Assembly: GCF_000807275.1 (NCBI RefSeq)
Contig: NZ_CP009056.1
Span: 991,192-1,055,191, forward strand
Reading direction: 5' to 3'
Origin: Frischella perrara
Lineage (GTDB): Bacteria > Pseudomonadota > Gammaproteobacteria > Enterobacterales > Orbaceae
DNA length: 64,000 nt
The first letter of the stretch is position 1. Each line of letters begins with the position of its first letter. Under the pieces are notes generated by a model. The model saw only the letters and a program-made list of their open reading frames with translations, made no database searches and was not told the DNA's origin. Of this stretch, positions 19,337 through 30,058 are shown piece by piece. Made by a program: the position numbers and the translations under genes.

Positions 19337-20539
19337 ATGCAGAATTTACCTGTTCTAATGCGTTCAAGCTCAATTATTTTTATGAGCACACTGGTCTTTT
19401 CGTTAATCCTGACGATTTTATTTTCATCAATTGGCTTAGATGTTCTGTGTAGCCCAATTAAAAATATCAATTATTATCTAGGAATATTACTTTTCACTTG
19501 TATTATTACTAGTTTAATTACGGTTGTTATCTTATTTGATAGTATTACTTTGACTGTTTTTGTTGGCACCTTAATCGGTTCATTTGTACTGACAGTCTTA
19601 ATATCATCAACTGGTTTTGATATTTTATTTAGCCCTATAGAGAACAGATATTTTTATCTCGGTATATTAATTTTTAGCTTAATTGTTACTGGTATAATTT
19701 CGTTATGTCTCTTATTAAAATGCATCAAATTATTTATATTATTCTTAGTTTTTGCATTTTTATATTTACCAATGTTAATGTTAGTTATCTATTCCTTTAA
19801 TAGCTCTCGTTTAGTAACTGTATGGGCAGGTTTCTCAACACACTGGTATAGTGAGTTAGTCACTAATGTCGCATTACATGAAGCAGTAGGATTAAGTTTA
19901 TTAATTGCGTTTGCTTCAGCAACGGTTGCTGTTATTTTAGGAACTTTAGCTTCATACACGATTGTGCGATTTGGTAAATTTAAAGGAGTAAATCTTTTTT
20001 CTTTCATGACTACTGCACCATTAGTTATGCCCGATGTGATAACAGGGTTAGCTCTATTACTACTCTTTGTTGCAATGGGACATTTTCTTGGTTGGCCACA
20101 AGATCGCGGTGCAATTACTATCTGGTTAGCGCATGTAACTTTCTGTACAGCTTATGTTACAGTGGTGGTAAGTGCCCGCTTGCGAGAATTAGATAAATCA
20201 ATTGAAGAAGCAGCGATGGATTTAGGTGCTAATCCATTGAAGGTATTTTTTATTATAACTTTACCTATGATCGCTCCTGCGTTAGTATCTGGATGGTTGT
20301 TAGCGTTTACCTTATCTTTAGATGACTTGGTCATATCTAGTTTTGTCGCCGGACCAGGAGCAACAACATTACCAATGTTGATTTTCTCTAAAGTTAGGTT
20401 GGGTGTTAGTCCAGATATCAATGCTTTAGCTTCTATAATTATATTAATTGTTTCTGTGATTGGTTTTATTTCTTGGCTATTAATGCGAAGAGCCGAAAAA
20501 CGTCGATTACAAGAAATGCGTAATATTAAATATTCGTGA
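19337..20539 (+). CDS. potI: Putrescine ABC transporter permease PotI with a ~125-aa extra N-terminal TM extension containing an internal duplication
   Basis: Residues ~126-400 are colinear with E. coli PotI (FLYLPMLMLVIYSFNSSRLVTVWAGFSTHWY...). A GGAGG ribosome-binding site 8 nt upstream of ATG 19337. The start overlaps the potH stop. Confidence 0.85.
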   Translation: MQNLPVLMRSSSIIFMSTLVFSLILTILFSSIGLDVLCSPIKNINYYLGILLFTCIITSLITVVILFDSITLTVFVGTLIGSFVLTVLISSTGFDILFSPIENRYFYLGILIFSLIVTGIISLCLLLKCIKLFILFLVFAFLYLPMLMLVIYSFNSSRLVTVWAGFSTHWYSELVTNVALHEAVGLSLLIAFASATVAVILGTLASYTIVRFGKFKGVNLFSFMTTAPLVMPDVITGLALLLLFVAMGHFLGWPQDRGAITIWLAHVTFCTAYVTVVVSARLRELDKSIEEAAMDLGANPLKVFFIITLPMIAPALVSGWLLAFTLSLDDLVISSFVAGPGATTLPMLIFSKVRLGVSPDINALASIIILIVSVIGFISWLLMRRAEKRRLQEMRNIKYS

Positions 20540-20555
20540 AATACAAAATCAACAT

Positions 20556-20583
20556 AAAAGGGACATCAGTCCCTTTTTTTTAT
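20556..20583 (+). terminator. Rho-independent terminator after potI
   Basis: aaagggac-atca-gtcccttttttttt. Confidence 0.75.
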
Positions 20584-20849
20584 TTATCTTCTAAATTGTT
20601 TAATTTAGTTCGACACTCAACAAATATAATCGACTTGTCAGATTAAATAACTGCTTATTAAAAATAAAAAGGAAATCTAGCATGGCTATGATGGCCATGA
20701 AGAATATTGTTACTAACAATATAATCCGATTATGTTGGTTAAAGGGGTATTTTTAAATTAATGATTAACAGGAGAGAGTCATATAATCTACAGAATGGCT
20801 AAATAGTCGTTCTGTAGATTATGGAAATGACTAAGGGTATCTTACACAA

Positions 20850-22208
20850 TTATGTAATTAACGCCTTCACTTCGTCATCGCTTAAAGATGGAATTGGTTT
20901 AGTTAACATTCGTGTTAAAATTAACAAGTATATGATACCTACTCCAAACCAAATAAGACCAATGGTAATTGCCATATGATCAAGACTAGTCCATAACCAT
21001 AAAGATAACAATACACCAATAGCTGGTAATATTCCAAATTTAAGAATGGTTATTGCAGTTAATGATTTACGTTTATAGAGGTAGCTTTTAATAACGCATA
21101 AATTAACAAAAGTAAATGACATTAAAGCCCCAAAACTTATCATTGATACGACTAAATCTAATGTAATAATTAATGAAAATAAAGAAAAAGTAGCCACAAA
21201 TAAAATAGCTAAATGTGGTGTATGAAAGCGCTTATGTAAACGATAAAAAATCTTTTTCGGTAACACGCCTTCTCGTCCCATTGCAAAAAATATACGTGAG
21301 ACGCTAGTTTGTGCTGTCATTGCAGAGGCAAGAACACCAGTTAAATAAGCCGCAAGGAAGAAGTTAACCATAAACGTTGAACCTATTTTACTGATTTCAC
21401 CTACTTTCCCAATAACAACTAAACTGGCAGTGTCAGGTTCATTTGCAAAATTTTGCCATACTGGATAAGCTAAATGAGCAGCATAAGATATAACTAAAAA
21501 GATTCCACCAGCAATAATAACCGTCCATAAAATCGCTTTAGGAAGGCTATTTTTGGCATTGGTTGATTCTTCAGCTAAAGTAGCTATAGCATCAAATCCT
21601 AAAAATGCTAGGCATAGTACTGCCGCACCAGAAAATAATCCACTGATATCATTAGTAGTAAATACTAAAGGTCTTAATAATGCTTCAGTATTAAGATCAA
21701 CATTAGTAAAAGCTAGAACAACAAATAGTGTGATAAAAATAAATTGCACAAAAATTAGTAAGAAATTAACTGAATTAATCAATTTAATTCCCAAATAATT
21801 TAGTGTACTGACAGTAACTAGGGATCCTAATACAAAAACATAAGCCGGTATTTCGGGAAAACGTTGATGTAAGTAAATACCTATTACTAAGTAATTTAAG
21901 ATTGGTAAAAATAAATAATCTAAAATTTGCGTCCATCCAATTAAAAATCCGATCCTATTACCAAATGTATGTACTACATAAGAATAGGCCGAACCCGCAA
22001 TAGGAAATTTATTCGCCATACGGCAATAACTTAATGCGGTAAATAAGATCATCGCGAGAGTAATAATATAGGCTATAGGTAAATGACCATCAGAGGTAAT
22101 AGTCACTTGCCCGTAAGTGGTAAATATTCCTAATGGAACCATATAAGCTAAACCAAATGCAATTAATGCAGGTGTGGTTAAAACTCGTTTCATTTTTATT
22201 GCGGACAT
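20850..22208 (-). CDS. APC-superfamily permease (PuuP/PlaP-like putrescine or amino-acid importer)
   Basis: 452 aa, about 12 TM helices. N-terminal LTTPALIAFGLAYMVPLGIFTTYG and FPIAGSAYSYV motifs typical of APC permeases. Confidence 0.65.
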   Translation of the reverse strand: MSAIKMKRVLTTPALIAFGLAYMVPLGIFTTYGQVTITSDGHLPIAYIITLAMILFTALSYCRMANKFPIAGSAYSYVVHTFGNRIGFLIGWTQILDYLFLPILNYLVIGIYLHQRFPEIPAYVFVLGSLVTVSTLNYLGIKLINSVNFLLIFVQFIFITLFVVLAFTNVDLNTEALLRPLVFTTNDISGLFSGAAVLCLAFLGFDAIATLAEESTNAKNSLPKAILWTVIIAGGIFLVISYAAHLAYPVWQNFANEPDTASLVVIGKVGEISKIGSTFMVNFFLAAYLTGVLASAMTAQTSVSRIFFAMGREGVLPKKIFYRLHKRFHTPHLAILFVATFSLFSLIITLDLVVSMISFGALMSFTFVNLCVIKSYLYKRKSLTAITILKFGILPAIGVLLSLWLWTSLDHMAITIGLIWFGVGIIYLLILTRMLTKPIPSLSDDEVKALIT

Positions 22209-22347
22209 TCACGTTTGCTCCTGTGTCCAGATTAACAATAAAAAACTACTAATATAGTTTTATGCCTTCAAGTTCGATGTAATTAAAATTAATTACTTCA
22301 ATAATAACCTTATATTGATAAAATCATCATGTTACAGGTCACACTTA

Positions 22348-24069
22348 TTAAATTTGTTGATAAACTAGCTTTCCTCCTATTATTGTGTTAATTACTTTAA
22401 CATTTTCAATATCTTCAGGTTCAATTTCGAATGGATTACGATCAATAATAATCAAATCCGCAAATTTACCTGGTTCAATTGAACCGATATTTTGTTCTTG
22501 TCCTAACATGTATGCTGCATCAATAGTTGCTGCACGTAATACTTCAGTAATCGTAAGATTACGATCTGTAGCTAAACGTTGAGCATTTTTACCCGCCCCT
22601 TTACGAGTAACAGCTACCTTAAAATCAAACCATTCATTTAATGGATCGATTGGCCAATCACTTCCAAATGCAATTTTAGCTCCGGCATCAATAAATTTAG
22701 CACTAGGTTCAAGTTCGTTGAAACGTTGTTCGCCTAGCATGTGATGAAATTGTTCTATCATTTCGTTAGTTGGGGCAGCCCATTGGAAAGATAATGTTGC
22801 AATTGCCTTCAATTGAGCAAAGAGGGCATAATGATGCGGTGCAGCGAGTTCATTATGTGCTAAACTTGGTCGAATATGATCTAATTCGGGATGTTGTGCT
22901 CTTAAAGTTGCAATATGCTTAAGAACCGTTTCGATAGCACCTTCACCAACAGTATGCATATGAGGATAAAAGCCAGCCTTACTAACTTCGATGATCAATT
23001 TCTCTAAAATGGCATTATCGTAATAAAGATCACCTAATCGATCACTCTCAACAAAATTAACATTATTGGCTGTTCCTTGGTTAATTCGATAAGGTTGTAG
23101 TAACGAAGCCGTCATAATTGGCGCTTGTAATACACCATCAATAAAAAATTTAACTAAAGAAATTTTAAGATCTGGTTTTGGTGACCAATTTTGTTGAGTA
23201 TACAGTTGAGCAAAGTTCTTAGCTTGATCAATCGCTTTTGGTATATCATTTAAAGTGGGTGCATCATCAGGCGTAATTTCAATGGCACCTAATAGCCTAA
23301 TGGTTAAATTATCCTCATTAGCTAAGGTTTTAAATGCTTTAAATTGTAAATGTGCAGAACGGGCATCCATGGCGGTTGTAACACCTTGTTGATTTAGTTC
23401 TCGTTGCACGCGTTTGGCTACTTCAATAGCTTGCATATCATTCAACGCAGGAATGCTATCAAACGCCCGCATTGCTGGTGCATCTTCTAAAATACCATTA
23501 AGTTCCCCATTAGCGAAACGTCCAATTTTACCGTCTTTTGGTTCAGGGGTATTGCTGTTTAAGCCGAATTTTTCTAGCGCACGGCTATTTGCTACCAAGG
23601 TATGGCAATCGTTAGAAAATAGAATAACGGGTCTAACAGTGTTAAGTTGATCTAAATCACTACGAGTTATATCTGTACCAAGTGGTAACACCTCTTGACG
23701 TAACCAGCCACGAACTTGTAGCCAATCATCATTTCCTTTATTGGGATCATTATCTAAATAGTGCTGAATTTTTTTGAGAGTTTGTTCAACGGTTAAGCTA
23801 GCATAATCAAGATGACATCCTGAGAGTTGTAAACCGCCCCAAAAAGGGTGTAAATGGGCATCAATGATACCGGGCAGCATCGTTTTGCCTTGCAGATCGA
23901 TAACTTGCGTTTGTTCATTAATTAAGTTTTGAATTTGTGCGGTTGAGCCAATTGCTATAATATAGCCCTCAGTTATCGCTACTGCTTCACATACAGTATT
24001 ACAATTATCTGCTGTATAAATGTAACCATTTACATAAGCAATTTCAGCATAAGAATGATTTTTTACCAT
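22348..24069 (-). CDS. Amidohydrolase-3 family metal-dependent hydrolase (YtcJ-like)
   Basis: 573 aa. GIIDAHLHPFWGG metal-binding HxH, a C-terminal GSDWP motif, and overall amidohydrolase-3 architecture. Confidence 0.7.
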   Translation of the reverse strand: MVKNHSYAEIAYVNGYIYTADNCNTVCEAVAITEGYIIAIGSTAQIQNLINEQTQVIDLQGKTMLPGIIDAHLHPFWGGLQLSGCHLDYASLTVEQTLKKIQHYLDNDPNKGNDDWLQVRGWLRQEVLPLGTDITRSDLDQLNTVRPVILFSNDCHTLVANSRALEKFGLNSNTPEPKDGKIGRFANGELNGILEDAPAMRAFDSIPALNDMQAIEVAKRVQRELNQQGVTTAMDARSAHLQFKAFKTLANEDNLTIRLLGAIEITPDDAPTLNDIPKAIDQAKNFAQLYTQQNWSPKPDLKISLVKFFIDGVLQAPIMTASLLQPYRINQGTANNVNFVESDRLGDLYYDNAILEKLIIEVSKAGFYPHMHTVGEGAIETVLKHIATLRAQHPELDHIRPSLAHNELAAPHHYALFAQLKAIATLSFQWAAPTNEMIEQFHHMLGEQRFNELEPSAKFIDAGAKIAFGSDWPIDPLNEWFDFKVAVTRKGAGKNAQRLATDRNLTITEVLRAATIDAAYMLGQEQNIGSIEPGKFADLIIIDRNPFEIEPEDIENVKVINTIIGGKLVYQQI

Positions 24070-24245
24070 TATAACGATGCCTTAACAATTTAGTGTATAA
24101 AAACGGACAAGGAAAGATAGCAGATTTAATGGCGGTGACAAGTAAAATTTCACTTTATTAACAATAATAATGATAAAAAAGTTGAGTTTACGATCAAACA
24201 ATGTTAAATATATTTATTAAGTTACAGCGTCACTAAGAAAAACTT

Positions 24246-24716
24246 ATGAAATATCAACAGCTCGAAAATTTAGAGTGTGGCTGGAAATGGAATTATTTAA
24301 TAAAAAAATATCGTGAAGGCGAATCAATTACAAGGCATATAGAAAAGAGTGCGGAACAAGAAGCTATTCAAGAATTATTGAATTTAGAACATAATCCGAC
24401 TAAAGTATTGGACTGGATTACCAATCATCTTAATCATGATTTGGATAATCGGATGAAGCAAACCATTAGGGCAAGAAGAAAACGCCATTTTAATTCGGAA
24501 CATCAAAATACTCGTAAAAAATCTATTGATCTTGAATTTCTAGTGTGGCAACGGTTAGCCAATTTAGCTAAGCGTAGAGGTTTGACTTTGTCTGAAGTTA
24601 TCATTCAGCTTATTGATGATGCTGAACAAAAAGATCAATATGTAAATAAAGTATCAACAATTAAAGATGACTTAATCTCTTTGCTGACTAATAATGACGA
24701 CCAAAAGCAAAGTTAA
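24246..24716 (+). CDS. matP: Macrodomain Ter protein MatP
   Basis: 156 aa. Near-identical to E. coli MatP over [25 protein letters not shown] and [34 protein letters not shown]. Confidence 0.85.
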   Translation: MKYQQLENLECGWKWNYLIKKYREGESITRHIEKSAEQEAIQELLNLEHNPTKVLDWITNHLNHDLDNRMKQTIRARRKRHFNSEHQNTRKKSIDLEFLVWQRLANLAKRRGLTLSEVIIQLIDDAEQKDQYVNKVSTIKDDLISLLTNNDDQKQS

Positions 24717-24758
24717 CGAATAACTGACTGACAAAATTTAAAACGTAGGTAATAAATT

Positions 24759-27383
24759 ATGGGAAAATCCCTCGTTATTGTGGAATCACCAGCAAAAGCA
24801 AAAACAATTAATAAATATTTGGGTAAAGATTATATTGTTAAATCAAGTATAGGCCATATACGTGATTTACCCGTTAGTGGTAATAAGACCACCGAAACAA
24901 GCGATGAAAATAAGACAGAATTAAAAAAAGAAGGTAATAAAAAAGTAAAACGCTCATCTCAACAGATATTAGTCGATAGAATGGGCGTTGATCCGTACCA
25001 TGATTGGAAAGCAAATTATCAGATTTTGCCGGGGAAAAGCAAAGTCGTTGCCGAATTAAAGAAGTTAGCAAAAGATGCCGATACAGTTTACCTTGCGACC
25101 GACTTGGATAGAGAAGGGGAAGCCATTGCTTGGCATTTAAAAGAAGTAATTGGTGGTGATGACGATAAATATCGACGAGTTGTATTTAATGAAATTACCA
25201 AAACAGCTATTCAAAATGCTTTTAAACAACCTGGATTTTTAGATATTAATCGAGTTAATGCTCAACAAGCTCGCCGTTTTATGGATCGGGTAGTTGGATT
25301 TATGCTATCGCCATTGTTATGGAAAAAAGTGGCACGTGGCTTATCAGCAGGACGAGTTCAGTCAGTTGCAGTCAGATTATTAGTAGAACGTGAACGTGAA
25401 ATTCATGCTTTTATTCCACAAGAATATTGGGATCTTTTTGCTGATGTAAAAACTCAATCTAATCATACTCTCACTATGCAAGTAACTCATTTTGCTGGTG
25501 AAACATTTGAACCGAAAGATCGTATAGCAATTGATATGGCTTTAAAAGAGTTAAATGAAAGCCAATATCAAATACAAAATATTGAAGAAAAACCAACAAA
25601 AAGTAATCCGACTGCACCGTTTATTACTTCGACATTACAACAAGCTGCAAGCACCCGACTTGGATTTGGCGTTAAAAAGACCATGACATTAGCACAACGT
25701 CTTTATGAAGCAGGTTATATTACCTATATGCGTACTGACTCAACCAATTTAAGTCAAGACGCAATAAGTATGGTAAGAGGGTATATTGAGAAGGAATTTG
25801 GTGAAAAATATTTACCGACAAAAGCAAATATTTATACCAGCAAGCAAAACTCACAAGAAGCACATGAGGCAATTCGACCATCAGATGTCAAACTTATTGC
25901 TGAAAAGTTAAATGAAATAGAGTCAGATGCACGCAAATTATATCATCTCATTTGGTGCCAATTTGTTGCATGCCAAATGACGGCAGCAGAATACAATTTA
26001 ACTACAATTACCGCCCAAGCGGGTAATTTCACATTAAAAGCAAAAGGTCGTGTTTTACGCTTTGATGGTTGGACGCGGGTTCAGCCACAATTGCTAAAAA
26101 ATAATGATGATAAAATACTGCCAACAGTTAAAGAAAAAGAACTTCTTGATTTGTTGGCATTAAATCCAGTACAACATTTCACTAAACCACCGGCTCGTTA
26201 CAATGAAGCCTCTTTGGTGCGTGAGCTAGAAAAACGAGGTATTGGTCGACCATCCACCTATGCAACAATTATTTCTACGATTCAAGATCGAGGTTATGTG
26301 CGTTTAGAAAATAGACGTTTCTATGCTGAAAAAATTGGTGAAATCGTCACGGATCGTTTAGGTGAGAATTTTAATGATCTTATGAGTTATGATTTTACGG
26401 CTCGTATGGAAGATACGCTTGATGATGTTGCACATAAAAAAATTGATTGGAAAAATGTTTTAGATTCATTTTTCTCTAATTTTTCTAAGCATCTGGAACA
26501 AGCGGAACAAGCGCCAGACAAGGGTGGCATGCAATTAAATCCTCTTGTTCCAACACCGGAAATTAAATGTCCAGCATGTGGAAGAGAAATGGGAATTAAA
26601 ACAGCCAGTACTGGTGTCTTTTTAGCTTGTTCTGGTTACAGTTTGCCGCCTAAAGAGCGTTGTAAGCAAACCATTAATTTAATTCCTGAACATGAGATAA
26701 TTAATCTGCTTGAAGATGGAAGCGATACTAGCAGTGCCGAAACCGATGCCTTAAGAGCACGTAAGCGTTGTCCTAAATGTCATACTGCAATGGATAGTTA
26801 TATACTAGATGGTAATCATAAATTACATATTTGTGGTAATAACCCAATTTGCGATGGCTTTATCGTTGAAGAAGGTAATTTCAAAATTAAAACCTATGAA
26901 GGCCCGATCATTGAATGCGAAAAATGTGGAAGTGAGATGCATTTAAAAACAGGCCGATTTGGTATTTACATGGGTTGTACAAATCCAGAATGTAAAAATA
27001 CCCGTAAAATTCTAAAAAATGGTGATGTAGCGCCGCCAAAAGAAGATCCTGTTGATTTACCAGAATTAAAATGTAGCAAATCAGATGCACATTTTGTATT
27101 ACGTGATGGTGCATCAGGTATTTTCTTAGCAGCCCATAATTTTCCTAAATCTCGTGAAACACGAGCCCCATTAGTTGCCGAATTACAGCAATTCAAGGAT
27201 CGTTTACCAGAAAAATTCTTGTATTTAACACAGGCACCAGCCATTGACCCCGATGGTAATAATGCGATTGTACGGTTTAGTAGAAAAAACAAACAGCAAT
27301 ATGTGACTTCGGAAGTTAATGGTAAATCAACGGGTTGGGTAATGAATTTCATTGATGGTAAATGGGTCAAAACCAGTAAATAA
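24759..27383 (+). CDS. topA: DNA topoisomerase I
   Basis: 874 aa. Toprim N-terminus ([13 protein letters not shown]), active-site region, and C-terminal zinc-ribbon Cys clusters. Confidence 0.9.
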   Translation: MGKSLVIVESPAKAKTINKYLGKDYIVKSSIGHIRDLPVSGNKTTETSDENKTELKKEGNKKVKRSSQQILVDRMGVDPYHDWKANYQILPGKSKVVAELKKLAKDADTVYLATDLDREGEAIAWHLKEVIGGDDDKYRRVVFNEITKTAIQNAFKQPGFLDINRVNAQQARRFMDRVVGFMLSPLLWKKVARGLSAGRVQSVAVRLLVEREREIHAFIPQEYWDLFADVKTQSNHTLTMQVTHFAGETFEPKDRIAIDMALKELNESQYQIQNIEEKPTKSNPTAPFITSTLQQAASTRLGFGVKKTMTLAQRLYEAGYITYMRTDSTNLSQDAISMVRGYIEKEFGEKYLPTKANIYTSKQNSQEAHEAIRPSDVKLIAEKLNEIESDARKLYHLIWCQFVACQMTAAEYNLTTITAQAGNFTLKAKGRVLRFDGWTRVQPQLLKNNDDKILPTVKEKELLDLLALNPVQHFTKPPARYNEASLVRELEKRGIGRPSTYATIISTIQDRGYVRLENRRFYAEKIGEIVTDRLGENFNDLMSYDFTARMEDTLDDVAHKKIDWKNVLDSFFSNFSKHLEQAEQAPDKGGMQLNPLVPTPEIKCPACGREMGIKTASTGVFLACSGYSLPPKERCKQTINLIPEHEIINLLEDGSDTSSAETDALRARKRCPKCHTAMDSYILDGNHKLHICGNNPICDGFIVEEGNFKIKTYEGPIIECEKCGSEMHLKTGRFGIYMGCTNPECKNTRKILKNGDVAPPKEDPVDLPELKCSKSDAHFVLRDGASGIFLAAHNFPKSRETRAPLVAELQQFKDRLPEKFLYLTQAPAIDPDGNNAIVRFSRKNKQQYVTSEVNGKSTGWVMNFIDGKWVKTSK

Positions 27384-27504
27384 AGCAATTTATTGATAAT
27401 TATAGTTGTTATAATCTGTAATAATGAAGGTATTAAATACCTCAACAAAAAATAAATGAAAGATGTTCTATATATTTTTGAAATTCATTATAGAATAGCA
27501 AACT

Positions 27505-27530
27505 AAAAGCCGGTGATAGCCGGCTTTAAT
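27505..27530 (+). terminator. Possible terminator hairpin downstream of topA
   Basis: aaagccgg-tgata-gccggcttt stem-loop with a weak U-tract. Confidence 0.4.
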
Positions 27531-27623
27531 GCCGGATGAATTGTTTAATAGTGAGATAAATACTAGCAACTCATTTACCCCTGAATATCATCCTAAAATA
27601 ATCATAATAGAGGTGCAGTATTT

Positions 27624-28595
27624 ATGAAGCTACAACAGCTCAGATATATTGTCGAAGTTGCCAATCATGAGCTTAATGTCTCATTAACGGCAGAAAAACT
27701 ATACACTTCACAACCCGGAATTAGTAAACAAATTAAACAATTAGAAGATGAATTAGGCATTCAAATTTTCTATCGATCCGGCAAGCACCTTTCAGGTATA
27801 ACGGAAATTGGTAAAACGATCATTGACACTTCACGTGAAATCCTTAACAAAGTTCAAGATATTAAAATGATCGTTCAAGAACATACTAAACCTAATTTAG
27901 GTATGCTCTCATTATCTACGACTTATACGCAAGCACGTTATGCTTTGCCCCTGAAAATCCAGAAATTCATGCAAAATTATCCTGATATTGCACTGAAAAT
28001 GGAACAAGCAGAATCAAGCCAGTGTTTAAGTAATTTAAAAAATCGTGTTACTGATTTTGCTATTATTAGTGATATTACGGATTTAACAGAAGAACTCATT
28101 GCATTACCTTGCTATCATTGGAATCAATCTATTATAGTTCCTGCCCAGCATCCATTGACAAATAAAGCAATAATATCTATTGAGGATTTAGCTCATTATC
28201 CTTTAATTAGTTATGACTTATCTAAAGAAGGCTCTGATATATATCAGACTTTTCATAAAAATAATACAGTACCCAATATTGTATTTAATACCGCAGATGC
28301 TGATTTAATTAAAACCTATGTTAGGCTGGGAACAGGGGTTGGAATCATTGCTAAAATGGCAATGGATAATCATCAGGATCAAGATTTGGTTGTACTCAAT
28401 GCAGGTCACATTTTCCCATATAGTACAACTTATATCGTGTTTTTACGCGCGCTCTATTTAAGAAGCTATATGTATGATTTTATTAGTGAATTTTCACCAC
28501 ATTTAAATCGTTCACTTATTCATCAAGCACTTTCTTACGAAAATAATCAACAAGTTTTAACTATGTTTAATGGAATGAAATTAAACATTAAGTAG
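27624..28595 (+). CDS. cysB: LysR-family transcriptional regulator CysB
   Basis: 323 aa. Colinear with E. coli CysB (MKLQQLRYIVEV.NH.LNVS.TAE.LYTSQPGISKQ...). topA-cysB synteny. Confidence 0.85.
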   Translation: MKLQQLRYIVEVANHELNVSLTAEKLYTSQPGISKQIKQLEDELGIQIFYRSGKHLSGITEIGKTIIDTSREILNKVQDIKMIVQEHTKPNLGMLSLSTTYTQARYALPLKIQKFMQNYPDIALKMEQAESSQCLSNLKNRVTDFAIISDITDLTEELIALPCYHWNQSIIVPAQHPLTNKAIISIEDLAHYPLISYDLSKEGSDIYQTFHKNNTVPNIVFNTADADLIKTYVRLGTGVGIIAKMAMDNHQDQDLVVLNAGHIFPYSTTYIVFLRALYLRSYMYDFISEFSPHLNRSLIHQALSYENNQQVLTMFNGMKLNIK

Positions 28596-28641
28596 GTTAT
28601 AATATATAAGTTTGTAATATTCACTAGTTTAAGGGGCAATC

Positions 28642-29586
28642 ATGCTTAATGCATACAAACTCAAAAATAAACATTTAGCCAAAATTCATAATGAATTGGA
28701 TATAAAAGGCTCAGCTTGGGTTGATCTGATTGAACCAGAAGAAAGTGATCGAGAAATAGTATTATCGCAGTTAGGGCAAAATTTAGCCACAAGTATTGAA
28801 TTAGATGATATCGAAGCATCTGCACGTTTCTTTGAAGACAAAGAAGGATTACATATTCACTCCTTCTTTTTTTATAATGATTCTGAGGATAGAGCAGGTA
28901 ATGAAACCGTCGCTTTTACAATAAATAAAGGCCGTTTATTTACTTTACGTGAACGTGACTTGCCCGCATTTCGTTTATATCGTATGCGCTCACGTTATCA
29001 AGAAATGAATGATGGAAATGCTTATGAAATCTTGTTGGATTTATTTGAAGTTAAAGTCGAACAACTTGCCGATCAGATTGAAAATATTTACAGTCAACTT
29101 GAAGAATTAAGTCTAATTATTATGAATCGTAGTGCGCAAGAACATTATGATGAGGCCATCACGACTCTTGCAGAATTAGAAGATACAGCATGGAAAGTTC
29201 GTTTATGTCTTATGGATAGTCAGCGAGCATTAAATTACCTCGTACGAAGAGCGAAAATGGCTAATGATCAATTGGAACAGGCTCGAGAAGTAGTACGAGA
29301 TATTGAATCATTAATTCCACATAATGAATCGTTATTTCAAAAAGTGAATTTCTTAATGCAGGCGGCAACCAGTTTCATTAATATTGAACAAAGTCGAATC
29401 ATCAAAATCTTTTCAGTGGTATCGGTAGTGTTCTTGCCTCCTACAGTGGTAGCATCTGCTTATGGTATGAACTTTGATTTTATGCCAGAAACTCATTGGG
29501 AGTGGGGATATCCAATGGCTTTAATATTAATGTTAGTAGCCGGTATCGCACCATACGTTTACTTTAAATTAAAGAAATGGTTATAG
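28642..29586 (+). CDS. corA: Magnesium/cobalt transporter CorA
   Basis: 314 aa. Near-colinear with E. coli CorA, including the YGMNF motif and two C-terminal TM helices. Confidence 0.9.
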   Translation: MLNAYKLKNKHLAKIHNELDIKGSAWVDLIEPEESDREIVLSQLGQNLATSIELDDIEASARFFEDKEGLHIHSFFFYNDSEDRAGNETVAFTINKGRLFTLRERDLPAFRLYRMRSRYQEMNDGNAYEILLDLFEVKVEQLADQIENIYSQLEELSLIIMNRSAQEHYDEAITTLAELEDTAWKVRLCLMDSQRALNYLVRRAKMANDQLEQAREVVRDIESLIPHNESLFQKVNFLMQAATSFINIEQSRIIKIFSVVSVVFLPPTVVASAYGMNFDFMPETHWEWGYPMALILMLVAGIAPYVYFKLKKWL

Positions 29587-29607
29587 AAACTGTATTTACA
29601 TTCATTC

Positions 29608-29642
29608 AAAGACCGAATTAATTGATGATTCGGTCTTTTTTA
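29608..29642 (+). terminator. Rho-independent terminator after corA
   Basis: aagaccgaat-taattgatg-attcggtctttttttatg. Confidence 0.75.
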
Positions 29643-30058
29643 TGTTTATTTCTAATAGATTTCTATAGTGGCAGCAAACTAAATTAACCTAAATCAATAA
29701 GACATTTTGTTGATTTAATCGTAACTTAGGAAGTTTGTCATAATATTCTAGCGGACACTAACAAATTTTTAATACTTGAATGTCTAAACTAAGATGGTAT
29801 AAATCAAAATAAATCACTTTGTCATTTTATAAAAAATAAAATAATAGCTTTTCTAAATGGAAAGTATAACCTAACGATTAAGTTCCCTTTTCTGATAATC
29901 ATTTTAATAAATTTGTAAGCATAAAGATTAAATATATCTCCTATAATATTCTTAATTAAACGACATAGGGTAATAATGAAATAGAATAGGAGTGACAATT
30001 TATGACTTAATCGTTAAAATTGCAAATTGTATATTATAAAAATAATGAGTAAATAAGA

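Noticed and set aside
20797-20832. 11-bp inverted repeat (aatctacagaa-N14-ttctgtagatt) just past the end of the APC permease gene
   Set aside because: No U-tract on either strand, so it is not a convincing intrinsic terminator. Kept only as a note.
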